From assembly GCA_964581105.1 (NCBI GenBank), contig CAZOMB010000001.1:79730-143729 (forward strand): a DNA stretch of 64,000 nt, given 5' to 3'. This stretch comes from Candidatus Micrarchaeota archaeon. Its GTDB lineage: Archaea > Micrarchaeota > Micrarchaeia > Anstonellales > Anstonellaceae. The position numbers and the translations under genes were made by a program. Under the pieces are notes generated by a model. The model searched no databases. It was given only the letters and a program-made list of their open reading frames with translations, and was not told where the DNA came from. Positions 56,083-64,000 of this stretch are shown piece by piece (the first letter of the stretch is position 1; each line of letters starts with the position of its first letter).

Positions 56083-56469
56083 CTAGTAAATGAATGCTAT
56101 CAGCCTTCCTCCTATTCCTTCTTGCTTTGCCTCCTCATTTGTCATGAGCCCTAATGGGGTTGAGACAACAAACATTCCAAAGCCTGCGCCTGGCAGGTAT
56201 TTCTTCTCCCAGTCATTCCACTCTGCCTTTTTGACTGCAAAGCGCGGCTTGACTGCGCCGCATTGGTTTACCCTTCCAAGCAGCCTTATCCTGAAAAATC
56301 CTGTTTTCCCGTCGTCAACGAATTCAAAGTCCCCTATGAATCCCTTGCGCTGGAGTATTTTCAGGGTTTCCCTTACCAGCTTGCTTGGCTGGACTTCGCA
56401 TGCAGGCTTGCCAAACATTTCATGCGTCTTTATTGTGTTCAGCGCATCAGCCAGTGGGTCGTTTGCCAT
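56083..56469 (-). CDS. rps8: 30S ribosomal protein S8 (uS8)
   Basis: MANDPLADALNTIKTHEMFGKPACEVQPSKLVRETLKILQRKGFIGDFEFV.. matches uS8. Confidence 0.9.
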   Translation of the reverse strand: MANDPLADALNTIKTHEMFGKPACEVQPSKLVRETLKILQRKGFIGDFEFVDDGKTGFFRIRLLGRVNQCGAVKPRFAVKKAEWNDWEKKYLPGAGFGMFVVSTPLGLMTNEEAKQEGIGGRLIAFIY

Positions 56470-56481
56470 AATATCTCCTCA

Positions 56482-56670
56482 TTAATATTTCCTGAATCCT
56501 ATTTCCTCTCCTACTTCGCGAAAGCATCTTCTGCAGATGCGAAGGCCGTATGAGCGTATCAATGCCCTTGCAGAGCCGCAAAACCTGCACTTGCGAAGGC
56601 CCTTGCCCTGGAACCTGTGCTCCAGCGGAACTTTTCTCTTCTTTCGTTTTTTGTCTTTTTCTGCCATCAA
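56482..56670 (-). CDS. rps14: 30S ribosomal protein S14 (uS14, zinc-binding type)
   Basis: ..[28 protein letters not shown].. carries the CxxC...CxxC motif; 62 aa. Confidence 0.9.
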   Translation of the reverse strand: MMAEKDKKRKKRKVPLEHRFQGKGLRKCRFCGSARALIRSYGLRICRRCFREVGEEIGFRKY

Positions 56671-56677
56671 ATCCTCC

Positions 56678-57220
56678 TTATTCCACTTTTATCTCAAGAA
56701 CTGACTTTGCAAATTCAATTCCATCCTGCTTTGTGAGCCTGTGCTTTGCGCCAAGCTTTGCCTTTGCCCTTCTTCTTTTTGCAACGCGAAACCCCCTGCG
56801 CCTTAGGGTAACTGAAACATCAAAGCCAAGCATTCCAATGTTTGGGTCGTACTTTGCGCCTGGAAACTCAATGTACTCAGGAACTCCAAATGAGAAATTG
56901 CCTTCCCTGTCAAATGAGCGAGAAGAGAGGGTGAAGTTTTTTACCTTGAGTGCCTTTTTCAAAAAGTCAAGGGCATTTTTCTTTCTCAAAGTTGTTTTTG
57001 TGCCTATTATGTCTCCCTTTCTTATGTGGAAAACAGGGTTTCTCACTTTTGCGTGAGTAGGCACAGCCTTTGCTCCTGAAAGCTTTTGCAGCAAGCCTTT
57101 TGCGTTTTCCAGCTCCTGGCCTGCCCTGCCCACGCCTATGTTCAGCGTCACTTTGTCAACCACTACTTCTTTCATCCTGTTCATCTCCATCCACCTATTC
57201 ATAGTCCTTGTCAACTGCAA
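56678..57220 (-). CDS. rpl5: 50S ribosomal protein L5 (uL5)
   Basis: ..[55 protein letters not shown].. matches uL5. Confidence 0.9.
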   Translation of the reverse strand: MQLTRTMNRWMEMNRMKEVVVDKVTLNIGVGRAGQELENAKGLLQKLSGAKAVPTHAKVRNPVFHIRKGDIIGTKTTLRKKNALDFLKKALKVKNFTLSSRSFDREGNFSFGVPEYIEFPGAKYDPNIGMLGFDVSVTLRRRGFRVAKRRRAKAKLGAKHRLTKQDGIEFAKSVLEIKVE

Positions 57221-57896
57221 ACAAATATTTCACAAGAGTGACGAACTCCCCGGAGGCTCCTGAAAGATGCGCCTCTGCCCCGTGAGAGCCTGTCCTTTCA
57301 ATTATTTTGTCAAGCTTTGCAAGCTCGCCTGTGTGCTTTCCTTTTATTACCAGGCATTGCACGCCTGGCTCAAGCTTGATGTGGGACTCTAATTTGAACT
57401 GCGGAACTGAAAGAACGCAGGTGTCACCAACCTTTATGTGCTTGTCACCTGCATGAGCCCTGCCGTCGTGGAATGTTATTGCTGTTTTGCCGCCTTTTGC
57501 AGTGTGCTTTTTTGTAACTCGCAAATACTTTTTTGAAGCGGCTTTTTGGCTTAGCTCTTTTGGCACCATGTTTGGTCCTGAAAGAGACATTCTGTATGAT
57601 ATTTTTTGCGCTGGAAGGGTGACTATGTCCATAAGCCCAATGGGGAATCTTTTGTCTTTTATTTTCCTGCCGTCAACCAAAAGGTTGCCTGAGTTCAGGA
57701 TTTTCTGGACTTCGTGGAGGTTTCTTGCCTTTTCAAGTATGTCACGCAAAAGGACCCCTGCTGAAATGCTTTCTTCCCTTTTGTGGGCCCCTGGGCAGGG
57801 GGCAAGAAGCCACTTTATCCCTTTCCTGTGCTTTATGCCTATCCTCTTTTGAGCGCCTATGCGCAGAGCATGTCTTGAACCGCCTTTTTTTGACAT
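57195..57896 (-). CDS. rps4e: 30S ribosomal protein S4e (eS4)
   Basis: MSKKGGSRHALRIGAQKRIGIKHRKGIKWLLAPCPGAHKREESISAGVLLRDIL.. matches eS4. Confidence 0.9.
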   Translation of the reverse strand: MSKKGGSRHALRIGAQKRIGIKHRKGIKWLLAPCPGAHKREESISAGVLLRDILEKARNLHEVQKILNSGNLLVDGRKIKDKRFPIGLMDIVTLPAQKISYRMSLSGPNMVPKELSQKAASKKYLRVTKKHTAKGGKTAITFHDGRAHAGDKHIKVGDTCVLSVPQFKLESHIKLEPGVQCLVIKGKHTGELAKLDKIIERTGSHGAEAHLSGASGEFVTLVKYLFAVDKDYE

Positions 57897-57905
57897 AATA
57901 CCAAC

Positions 57906-58283
57906 CTATTTGTTTTTTTCTGACCTTTCAACTGCCTTTAGCCTGTCTTTTACAAATTCCCCTTCAATTATCATGAGGTTTGAAGGGTCAATTGGCTGCA
58001 GCTTTTCAACCCCTTTTGCAGTCCTCCTTGTTGTCCCTTCAACATATGCCTTCAGGTCTGACAGGTCAACTTCAACCACTTTTCCTGTGCTGCCTTTCTT
58101 TTCACCGCGAAGCACCTTTACCTTGTCCCCTTTTCTCAATGCTATGCTGCGCCTTTTTGTGCCAAGCTTTTGCCTTAGCTCCTTGCTGATGTGGGAAGCG
58201 ACCATCCTTCTCCTTAAATGCAACGGCGCCTTGTACCTGAATTTCCTCTGTTTTCTTGGTTTTCCTGATTTCATAAATATCAC
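57906..58283 (-). CDS. rpl24: 50S ribosomal protein L24 (uL24)
   Basis: ..RKGDKVKVLRGEKKGSTGKVVEVDLSDLKAYVEG.. is the uL24 KOW domain. Confidence 0.9.
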   Translation of the reverse strand: MIFMKSGKPRKQRKFRYKAPLHLRRRMVASHISKELRQKLGTKRRSIALRKGDKVKVLRGEKKGSTGKVVEVDLSDLKAYVEGTTRRTAKGVEKLQPIDPSNLMIIEGEFVKDRLKAVERSEKNK

Positions 58284-58678
58284 ACAACTGCTGCTGCAAT
58301 TGCAGCAACTTTTGGGAACCTTGTCGCAACCTCTCTTGCTATTACCCCTTTGATTTCTGTTCCAACAGGAAGCCCTTGGTCATCTATTATCACGCATGCG
58401 TTGTCCTCAAATGAAATCCGCATTCCGCTCGGCCTTCTGAAGCCCTGCTTTTGCCTGACTATCAAGCCCTTGAGCACTTTCTTTTTCATTGATGCATTTC
58501 CCTTTTTGACTGCAACTGTGACAACGTCTGAAACCCCGACTTTTGGGTACATCCCCCTTTTTGCCCTGTATCCTTTGACCCCTATTATCTCCACTATCTT
58601 TGCCCCTGAGTTGTCATTGCAGACAAGCCTTGAGCCAACCTGCAGGCCTTTTGTGATTCTGCTTCCAAGCCCTTTCAT
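58280..58678 (-). CDS. rpl14: 50S ribosomal protein L14 (uL14)
   Basis: MKGLGSRITKGLQVGSRLVCNDNSGAKIVEIIGVKGY.. matches uL14; the internal start is inferred (the ORF-track start would overlap rps17). Confidence 0.9.
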   Translation of the reverse strand: MKGLGSRITKGLQVGSRLVCNDNSGAKIVEIIGVKGYRAKRGMYPKVGVSDVVTVAVKKGNASMKKKVLKGLIVRQKQGFRRPSGMRISFEDNACVIIDDQGLPVGTEIKGVIAREVATRFPKVAAIAAAVV

Positions 58679-58682
58679 TTTT

Positions 58683-59132
58683 TCACTCCTTTTTCTCCTT
58701 TGCTGGGCCCCTCTTTTCCAGGACCTCTGTTTCCTCTTCAGGTTTGTCGGAGGCAAGCTTGTCCCTTTTTACCTCTGATTTTTTGAGCCTGTCTTCCTCT
58801 TCATCAAGGGCGCGGCCGCCTTTCTGGTCAATCACAACAATGCCCTTGACTTTTTTGAGTATTTTTGTGACAACCCATGCCTTTGTTTTTGAGATTTTCC
58901 TGCATTCTGCTATTTCAACTGTGTCTCCAAGCTTTGCGCCTATTGAATCTGGGTTGTGGACATGGATTCTTGACTTGCTTCTTGCTGAGCGCTTGTATTT
59001 TGGGAAATACTCCAAAGATTCTATCTCAACTATAATTGTTTTTTTGGAGCGGTCGCTGACCACTAGACCTGCGCTTGTGTGGCCCCTTGCCACAATCGGC
59101 CCCTTTCTGTTTGAATCCATTCCCATAATCAT
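58683..59132 (-). CDS. rps17: 30S ribosomal protein S17 (uS17) with acidic/basic C-terminal tail
   Basis: ..GLVVSDRSKKTIIVEIESLEYFPKYKRSARSKSRIHVHNP.. is the uS17 OB-fold. Confidence 0.85.
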   Translation of the reverse strand: MIMGMDSNRKGPIVARGHTSAGLVVSDRSKKTIIVEIESLEYFPKYKRSARSKSRIHVHNPDSIGAKLGDTVEIAECRKISKTKAWVVTKILKKVKGIVVIDQKGGRALDEEEDRLKKSEVKRDKLASDKPEEETEVLEKRGPAKEKKE

Positions 59133-59455
59133 TACCTCACTTTTTTCGGCCTGTCATAAGGGCGATACGCGATTTTTGCCCCTTTAAGCAGGACTTTTTT
59201 CCTGCCTGGCAGAGTGAACTGGAAAGTGCAGCCCTTTTTTGGGACTCTTTTTTCCATTCCCTTGCACATGAGCACAATTGTGTTCTTTGTCTCATCAACA
59301 ACTGTTCCGCAAAGCCCAATATATGGAAGCGAAAGGCTTGATGCAACCCTTGCCTTCAGACCTATAAGCTCATGAATTGGCAGGTTCTGCTCTGTTATCA
59401 TTTTTTCCACCTTTTGCTTTGTTGCAAACAGCAAGGAATTACTGCAGGCCTTCAA
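59132..59455 (-). CDS. rnp1: RNase P protein component Rpp29 (Pop4/Rnp1)
   Basis: ..LIGLKARVASSLSLPYIGLCGTVVDETKNTIVLMCKGMEKRVPKKGCTFQFTLPG.. matches archaeal Rpp29; lies in the conserved rpl29-SUI1-rpp29-rps17 order. Confidence 0.75.
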   Translation of the reverse strand: MKACSNSLLFATKQKVEKMITEQNLPIHELIGLKARVASSLSLPYIGLCGTVVDETKNTIVLMCKGMEKRVPKKGCTFQFTLPGRKKVLLKGAKIAYRPYDRPKKVR

Positions 59456-59756
59456 GGATTGTTATGCTGTTTTCAGGGTAGCCGCTTTTCACAAGCAGGC
59501 CCTTTATGTTCCTCCTGTGGTCCCCCTGAAGGACAATCAATCCTTCTTTTGCCGTGCCTCCGCATGCAAGCCTTTGCTTGAGTTCCCTCCCTGTGTCAAC
59601 AAGCTTGCTCTTGTCAATGCCTTCAACAACAGTGACAAGCTTGCGGAACTTCTTTTTTGTTGCATATACGCGGATTCTCTGCGTATCCTCTTTTTCAAGG
59701 ATGTCGCAGGAGCATATTTCCTTTATCAGTCCGCATTTTGGGCATATGTCAGCCAA
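59439..59756 (-). CDS. sui1: translation initiation factor SUI1 (aSUI1/eIF1)
   Basis: ..IRVYATKKKFRKLVTVVEGIDKSKLVDTGRELKQRLACGGTAKEGLIVLQGDHRRNIKGLLVKSGY.. is the SUI1 fold, with an N-terminal CPKCG..CSC zinc knuckle. Confidence 0.8.
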   Translation of the reverse strand: MADICPKCGLIKEICSCDILEKEDTQRIRVYATKKKFRKLVTVVEGIDKSKLVDTGRELKQRLACGGTAKEGLIVLQGDHRRNIKGLLVKSGYPENSITILEGLQ

Positions 59757-59762
59757 CTACTT

Positions 59763-60143
59763 TCACCTTCCGGCTGCTTTTGCAGCCTGATTTTCGCCAT
59801 CTTTTTTTCCAGCCCCTTTTTCATCAGTTTTTTGGGCTGGCTTTTTCTCCTCCTTTTTCTCATTTTCGCCAGTTTTGCTGGCGATTTGTGAAGCTTTCGG
59901 CTTCACATCTTGCTTTTTGATGCCTGGCATTTTCTTTGCAATGCCGAGCTTTCTTGCGTGGAGCATGGTCTTTATCCTTGCAACCGCCTTTTTGAGCTCG
60001 TTTATTTTCCCGGGGTTTGATGTCCTTCCGCCTGTTGCAAGCATTCCCCTTTCTGAGTTGAGCTCCTTTTGGAACTCAAAAAGCCTCGTCTGAAGCTTGT
60101 CGTCATCAAGCTCCTTTATCTCGCTTTTTTTGATGATTGCCAT
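59763..60143 (-). CDS. rpl29: 50S ribosomal protein L29 (uL29) with Lys/Glu-rich tail
   Basis: ..IKELDDDKLQTRLFEFQKELNSERGMLATGG.. is the uL29 helix. Confidence 0.85.
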   Translation of the reverse strand: MAIIKKSEIKELDDDKLQTRLFEFQKELNSERGMLATGGRTSNPGKINELKKAVARIKTMLHARKLGIAKKMPGIKKQDVKPKASQIASKTGENEKKEEKKPAQKTDEKGAGKKDGENQAAKAAGR

Positions 60144-60148
60144 TCATA

Positions 60149-60910
60149 TCACTTTCTTCTCCTTGGTCCCCTGCCAGTCGGCCTTCCCCGCCTTCTTGGG
60201 GGCTGCCTTTTTTTCAGGGGCTGCACTCTCTTCTTCTCTGCAACCTCCATCGGGGTTGATGAAGTCACGTCATCAGCAGATGCAATCACTTTTGGAATTT
60301 CTATTTTTGCGTCCTTTTCCTTGTCAGGGAATACTGTGCCGGGAAGAACGATTCTCACAAGCACTCCTATTGCGCCTGACTTTGGGTATGCTGTAACATG
60401 GTCCATTGCCACCATTCTTGCAGGCTCACCTGCCTTTGGTATGTAGCCTGACATTACCCTGAAGGATTTGCAGCGGCCGCCTTTTGCAGCAATTTTGCCT
60501 GATGCAACTATTTCTGCCCCTAAAGCCCCTGCCCTCATTATGTCGCGCAATGAAGCATGGAGTATTGCCCTGACTTTCTTCCCCATTTCAATGAACCGGC
60601 AGATTTTCTTTGCAACAAGCCTTGGCTCAAGGTTCTGGTTTGCTGATTCAACAACAGATATTTGCGGGTTGTCGATTTTGAACTCCCTTTTTATTGAGTC
60701 AGTAAGCTCTTGTATGCTTCTTCCCCTTTTGCCTATTACCCTGCCCGGGTTTGTCACTTCAACCGCTATCCTTGTTACCATTGGCGTGCGCTGTATTGCA
60801 ACCCTTGAAAACCCAGCCCTGTCAAGCTCGCTTTCCAGGAATTTTGACACCCTGTAGCGGGTGATTGCGTCTTCAATGAATTTTTCCTCAACTTTGTTCT
60901 TGTTTCCCAT
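60149..60910 (-). CDS. rps3: 30S ribosomal protein S3 (uS3) with Arg-rich C-terminal tail
   Basis: KH domain, then the uS3 C-terminal domain (..VLVRIVLPGTVFPDKEKDAKIEIPKV..). The tail reads ..KKRQPPRRRGRPTGRGPRRRK. Confidence 0.9.
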   Translation of the reverse strand: MGNKNKVEEKFIEDAITRYRVSKFLESELDRAGFSRVAIQRTPMVTRIAVEVTNPGRVIGKRGRSIQELTDSIKREFKIDNPQISVVESANQNLEPRLVAKKICRFIEMGKKVRAILHASLRDIMRAGALGAEIVASGKIAAKGGRCKSFRVMSGYIPKAGEPARMVAMDHVTAYPKSGAIGVLVRIVLPGTVFPDKEKDAKIEIPKVIASADDVTSSTPMEVAEKKRVQPLKKRQPPRRRGRPTGRGPRRRK

Positions 60911-60919
60911 TAACCCATC

Positions 60920-61558
60920 TCATGCCTTTGCAGGCTCTAATTTTTCAGCAGCAGGCGCCCCTTTTTTCTCTTCTGGCTGTTTTTCATTCTTTTTCTCCTG
61001 CGGCTTTTCTGGCTTTTCTTGTTTTGGAGCTTCTTCTTTCTTTTCTTCAGGTTGCTTTTGCTCTTTTTTCTTTTCATTCTTTTTCTCTTCTTTCTTTTTT
61101 TCAACTGGTTTTTCCTGTACCTCTTCAAGAACCACTTCAACAAATGCTGTCTCATAATCATGCCTCATTCTTCTTCCCTTTGGAGCAAGCCGCGGAAAAG
61201 AGGCTTGCTTGTTTGCCATTATGTGAACAACTTTTGTGCTGCCAAGCTGCAGCCTTGCTGCATTTGCTGCGGCGCTTTTTACAATCTCAAGAACTATTTT
61301 CACTGACTTTACAGGCCAGCCCCCTTTCCTTCCACCAAGCTGCTTCCTGTGGCCCATCCTCTTGTTGTGCCTTGCAAAGTAAATTGGGACTTTTTTCTCT
61401 GCTGCCAATGCAAGGAAATTGATTGCATCCTCTGTTGCCATGCCCCTGACATTGTTGCAGACCTCGCACAAGTCCTTGAACGAGGCATTGACCCCAGTAA
61501 TCCTTGCGCAGGCAATGCGCTTTGATTTTCCCTTGTATGCATATTCCATTTGAACCAC
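60920..61558 (-). CDS. rpl22: 50S ribosomal protein L22 (uL22) with ~70-aa Glu/Lys/Pro-rich C-terminal tail
   Basis: ..ARITGVNASFKDLCEVCNNVRGMATEDAINFLALAAEKKVPIYFARHN.. is the uL22 core. The tail reads ..EKKKEEKKNEKKKEQKQPEEKKEEAPKQEKPEKPQEKKNEK.. Confidence 0.9.
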   Translation of the reverse strand: MVQMEYAYKGKSKRIACARITGVNASFKDLCEVCNNVRGMATEDAINFLALAAEKKVPIYFARHNKRMGHRKQLGGRKGGWPVKSVKIVLEIVKSAAANAARLQLGSTKVVHIMANKQASFPRLAPKGRRMRHDYETAFVEVVLEEVQEKPVEKKKEEKKNEKKKEQKQPEEKKEEAPKQEKPEKPQEKKNEKQPEEKKGAPAAEKLEPAKA

Positions 61559-61960
61559 TTATTTGAGCGGGATGAACTTTGAGCTTCTTGTTGCCCCCAC
61601 TCCTGGCCCTGAGTGAAGGACCCTTTTTGTTGTGTGGGCAAAGTCACCAAGCCTGTAGCCTATTTTGTCAACAGTAATTTCTACACTCTTGAATTCTTTT
61701 CCGTCATAAACAGCAAATGTCAGGCCAAGCCAGTCAGGAAGTATTACTGCAGCCCTAACATGCGTCTTTATTGGCTTTTTGCTGTCTTTTTGCCTTAATT
61801 TTGCGATTTTTTTCACGAGCTTTTTGAATTCAATTGACTTTGACATTGCCCTTTTTAGCGCCCTTCTTGCCCTTGATGTCAAAAGAGGGATTGTTTGCTC
61901 CTGGCTTAGCTTTGAAAGCTCTTCTTCTGACTTTCCGCGGTACTTGTTTATCCTTGGCAT
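61559..61960 (-). CDS. rps19: 30S ribosomal protein S19 (uS19)
   Basis: ..KKPIKTHVRAAVILPDWLGLTFAVYDGKEFKSVEI..HSGPGVGATRSSKFIPLK matches uS19. Confidence 0.9.
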   Translation of the reverse strand: MPRINKYRGKSEEELSKLSQEQTIPLLTSRARRALKRAMSKSIEFKKLVKKIAKLRQKDSKKPIKTHVRAAVILPDWLGLTFAVYDGKEFKSVEITVDKIGYRLGDFAHTTKRVLHSGPGVGATRSSKFIPLK

Positions 61961-61964
61961 TAAT

Positions 61965-62741
61965 TCACCTTAATCGTTTTTTCTCGTCTTTCTCAGTTGC
62001 TTTTTTCTCCTCGACATGGGCTTTTTTCCTTCCAACGCTCCTTGCTGCAATGTGGCCAACTTTCCTTCCTGGCGGGGCATTCCTTGATGTCATGCTGCTT
62101 CTTCCATGGTGATGCTGCTTTCCGCCAAACGGATGTGAATATGGGGACATGTGAACTCCGCGCACAACCGGCCATTTCCTGTTCTGTGCATGCTTTTTGT
62201 GGAAATTTACGCCGGCCTTAAGAAGGGGCTTTTCCAGCCTTCCTCCTCCGCAGACAATCCCAAGCTGTGCCCTGCATGAGCTGTCAAGCGCAAGTGTCCT
62301 TTTGCTTGGGAGCTTGACATAAACTCTCCCTTTTTCCTTTGAAACCACTGATGCATATGAGCCGGCGGCGCGGACAACCTTTCCTCCGTCGCCAGGGGAA
62401 AGCTCAATATTGTAAATTGGAGCACCGTCAGGGAACTTTGAAAGCGGGATGCAGCTTCCAAGCTCAAGATTTGCTTTTGCGCCTGTGAATATTTGCTGGC
62501 CTATGAAAGAGCCTTCTGGCGCAAGCATTTTGCTTTCGCTTCCATCCTCAAACTTCACATGCATTAAAAGGGCGCCTCTTGCAGGGTCGTCAATAAAATC
62601 AATTATTTGGCCCCTGAGAACTCCTGTTTTTTCAGTTCCCTCAAACCTTTTGTACTTAAGCTCTGCTTTGTAGCGGTGTGATGGGGCCTTGTATGAAACT
62701 GAGCCTTTTCCCCTCCTTTGCTGCCTTAGCAATTTTCCCAT
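61965..62741 (-). CDS. rpl2: 50S ribosomal protein L2 (uL2)
   Basis: MGKLLRQQRRGKGSVSYKAPSHRYKAELKYKRFE.. and ..VGHIAARSVGRKKAHV.. match uL2. Confidence 0.9.
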   Translation of the reverse strand: MGKLLRQQRRGKGSVSYKAPSHRYKAELKYKRFEGTEKTGVLRGQIIDFIDDPARGALLMHVKFEDGSESKMLAPEGSFIGQQIFTGAKANLELGSCIPLSKFPDGAPIYNIELSPGDGGKVVRAAGSYASVVSKEKGRVYVKLPSKRTLALDSSCRAQLGIVCGGGRLEKPLLKAGVNFHKKHAQNRKWPVVRGVHMSPYSHPFGGKQHHHGRSSMTSRNAPPGRKVGHIAARSVGRKKAHVEEKKATEKDEKKRLR

Positions 62742-62749
62742 TTTTACAC

Positions 62750-63001
62750 CTAAACTATCTTGAGCTTTGCAGCAACGTCGTCTGCCTTAAAGCCCTTTCC
62801 AAGCTTTACATATGCCCTCTTTTTCCCTGTTGGCGTTATCAGGGTATTGACTGAAGCCACCTTTACCTCAAAAAGCTCCTCAATGTCCTTTTTCACCTGC
62901 TGTTTTGTGGAAGCTTTTTCAACAACAAATGTCAGGGTGTTCTGGAACTCAATAAGCCCGATTGCCTTTTCATTTGTTATTGGGTATAAAATGCTGCCCA
63001 T
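62750..63001 (-). CDS. rpl23: 50S ribosomal protein L23 (uL23)
   Basis: MGSILYPITNEKAIGLIEFQNTLTFVVEKASTKQQVKKDIEELFEVKVASVNTL.. matches uL23; the internal start is inferred from the adjacent rpl4 stop. Confidence 0.85.
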   Translation of the reverse strand: MGSILYPITNEKAIGLIEFQNTLTFVVEKASTKQQVKKDIEELFEVKVASVNTLITPTGKKRAYVKLGKGFKADDVAAKLKIV

Positions 63002-63005
63002 AATA

Positions 63006-63785
63006 TCACAGTTTTGCAATTTCATCAAGCGCTGACACAGTATAGATTGCCAGCCTTCCAGGCTTTGCCCCTGGAGCAAGCTTTTCAACGGACAGGTCAG
63101 ATACTTTTACTGCCTCTATTCCTGGGATGTTTTTTGCTGCCTTTATTATCGGCGAGTCCTTTGAAACTGCAATTATCGCTGACTTTGCCCTCTTTTTGCT
63201 TGCTTTCCTTTTCCTTACCCCTGTCCTTTTCTTTGCTTTTTTAGCCCTTGTTAAATCTTCCTTTATCAATGCCATAAGCGTCTTGCAAGCCTGCGCTGTT
63301 TTTGAAACAGATTCAAATGAGTCCTCTATTACTATTGGGAGGTTTCCTGAGTGCTTGTGGCCCCTTTTTGCAACTGTTCCTTTGTCTGCTGTTGCTGCAA
63401 TTGCTGAAACCAGGGCAGCCTTGTACTCTTTTTTGTTGATTTTTTCAATTATGTTTTTGTTCGCTTTTGGAGGGTGCGCCCTTCTCCCCTTTACTGCTGA
63501 AGGGATTCTTTTTACCTTTCCAAGCCTTCCTTTTGGGAGAATTTCGTGGGGAAGCATTGCTTGCCCCCTGTTTTTCCCAGAGCCAAAGTCGCCTTTTCTT
63601 CCCCTGTAGCGGGCAGAGGTTTCCATTCCTGCCCTTGGGTAGTTTCCTTTTGGCTGGTAATGCTTTGTCTGGTCAGATATTGCTGCCCTTGCTATCAATT
63701 CTGGCATTATTTGTGATGAGAACTGTGCTGGGAGCTGGACTTCCTTGACAGGCTTTCCATCAGTTGAGTAAACTTGCGCTTTCAT
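63006..63785 (-). CDS. rpl4: 50S ribosomal protein L4 (uL4)
   Basis: MKAQVYSTDGKPVKEVQLPAQFSSQIMPELIARAAISDQTKHYQPKGN.. matches uL4. Confidence 0.9.
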   Translation of the reverse strand: MKAQVYSTDGKPVKEVQLPAQFSSQIMPELIARAAISDQTKHYQPKGNYPRAGMETSARYRGRKGDFGSGKNRGQAMLPHEILPKGRLGKVKRIPSAVKGRRAHPPKANKNIIEKINKKEYKAALVSAIAATADKGTVAKRGHKHSGNLPIVIEDSFESVSKTAQACKTLMALIKEDLTRAKKAKKRTGVRKRKASKKRAKSAIIAVSKDSPIIKAAKNIPGIEAVKVSDLSVEKLAPGAKPGRLAIYTVSALDEIAKL

Positions 63786-63789
63786 AATA

Positions 63790-64000
63790 TCACTTTAACG
63801 AGACAAACCTTATTTCAGGTGTTTTTGGGGGGGAAGAAATCCTTGCTGCCTTTCTTAGCCTTATGAGCCTTTTTTGCGGGCCTGCCAAAGAGCCTTTTAT
63901 CAGTAAATAGTCGCTTTTCACAATTCCATAATGGGCAAAGCCGCCGTTTGGGCTTATTTCCTTTCCTTGGCCCATTTTCATTATCCTCTTGTTTATCTCA
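63790..64000 (-). CDS. rpl3: 50S ribosomal protein L3 (uL3), C-terminal part; gene start lies beyond the window end
   Basis: ..[32 protein letters not shown].. is the uL3 C-terminus. The reading frame is open to position 64000, and the gene sits in the conserved position upstream of rpl4. Confidence 0.75.
   Translation of the reverse strand, partial: EINKRIMKMGQGKEISPNGGFAHYGIVKSDYLLIKGSLAGPQKRLIRLRKAARISSPPKTPEIRFVSLK

Noticed and set aside
1-64000. CRISPR arrays
   Set aside because: No array of regularly spaced direct repeats with unique spacers was seen. The periodic nucleotide repeats present (KPE-tail regions, the 33-nt duplication) are in-frame coding repeats.

Overview
This is a 64-kb archaeal chromosomal fragment. 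The evidence for archaeal origin is an archaeal-type ThrRS with N-terminal editing domain, aEF-1alpha, many eL/eS-type ribosomal proteins, RpoD/RpoN, Cbf5, Rpp29, aSUI1, two FtsZ paralogs and intron-containing tRNAs. GC content is about 45%. By inference only, it may belong to a small-genome or DPANN-like lineage. The left 27 kb holds accessory, cell-surface and cell-division functions. First comes a Tad/archaeal type-IV-pilus-like locus on the minus strand: split TadB/TadC-like platform proteins, a FlaI/TadA-type ATPase, and five proteins with class-III (prepilin) signal peptides, two of them very large LamG-domain proteins rich in N-glycosylation sequons. It is followed by ATP-dependent DNA ligase, a Ca2+/cation exchanger and an RHH-like small regulator. 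Next is a striking block in which three paralogous copies of an unrecognised ~530-aa two-module Cys-rich protein family (one copy split into two translationally coupled ORFs) bracket two ftsZ paralogs, together with a tandem Lrp/AsnC regulator and a TrmB regulator. The right 37 kb is the archaeal ribosomal superoperon, entirely on the minus strand (S10-tuf at ~25.5 kb, then L3 to L15, secY, adk, cmk and the rpoD-S2 cluster), interrupted by a 2031-aa giant protein with a kinase-like C-terminus. Many ribosomal proteins carry Lys/Pro/Glu-rich low-complexity tails. Six tRNA genes were found. Five contain an intron at the same T-loop position, and those introns share a conserved ~35-45-nt core; two of these tRNAs carry a second intron elsewhere. 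There is also a compact SRP-RNA candidate, a compound hairpin element downstream of ftsZ1, and an eL40 gene that falls below the ORF-track length cutoff.
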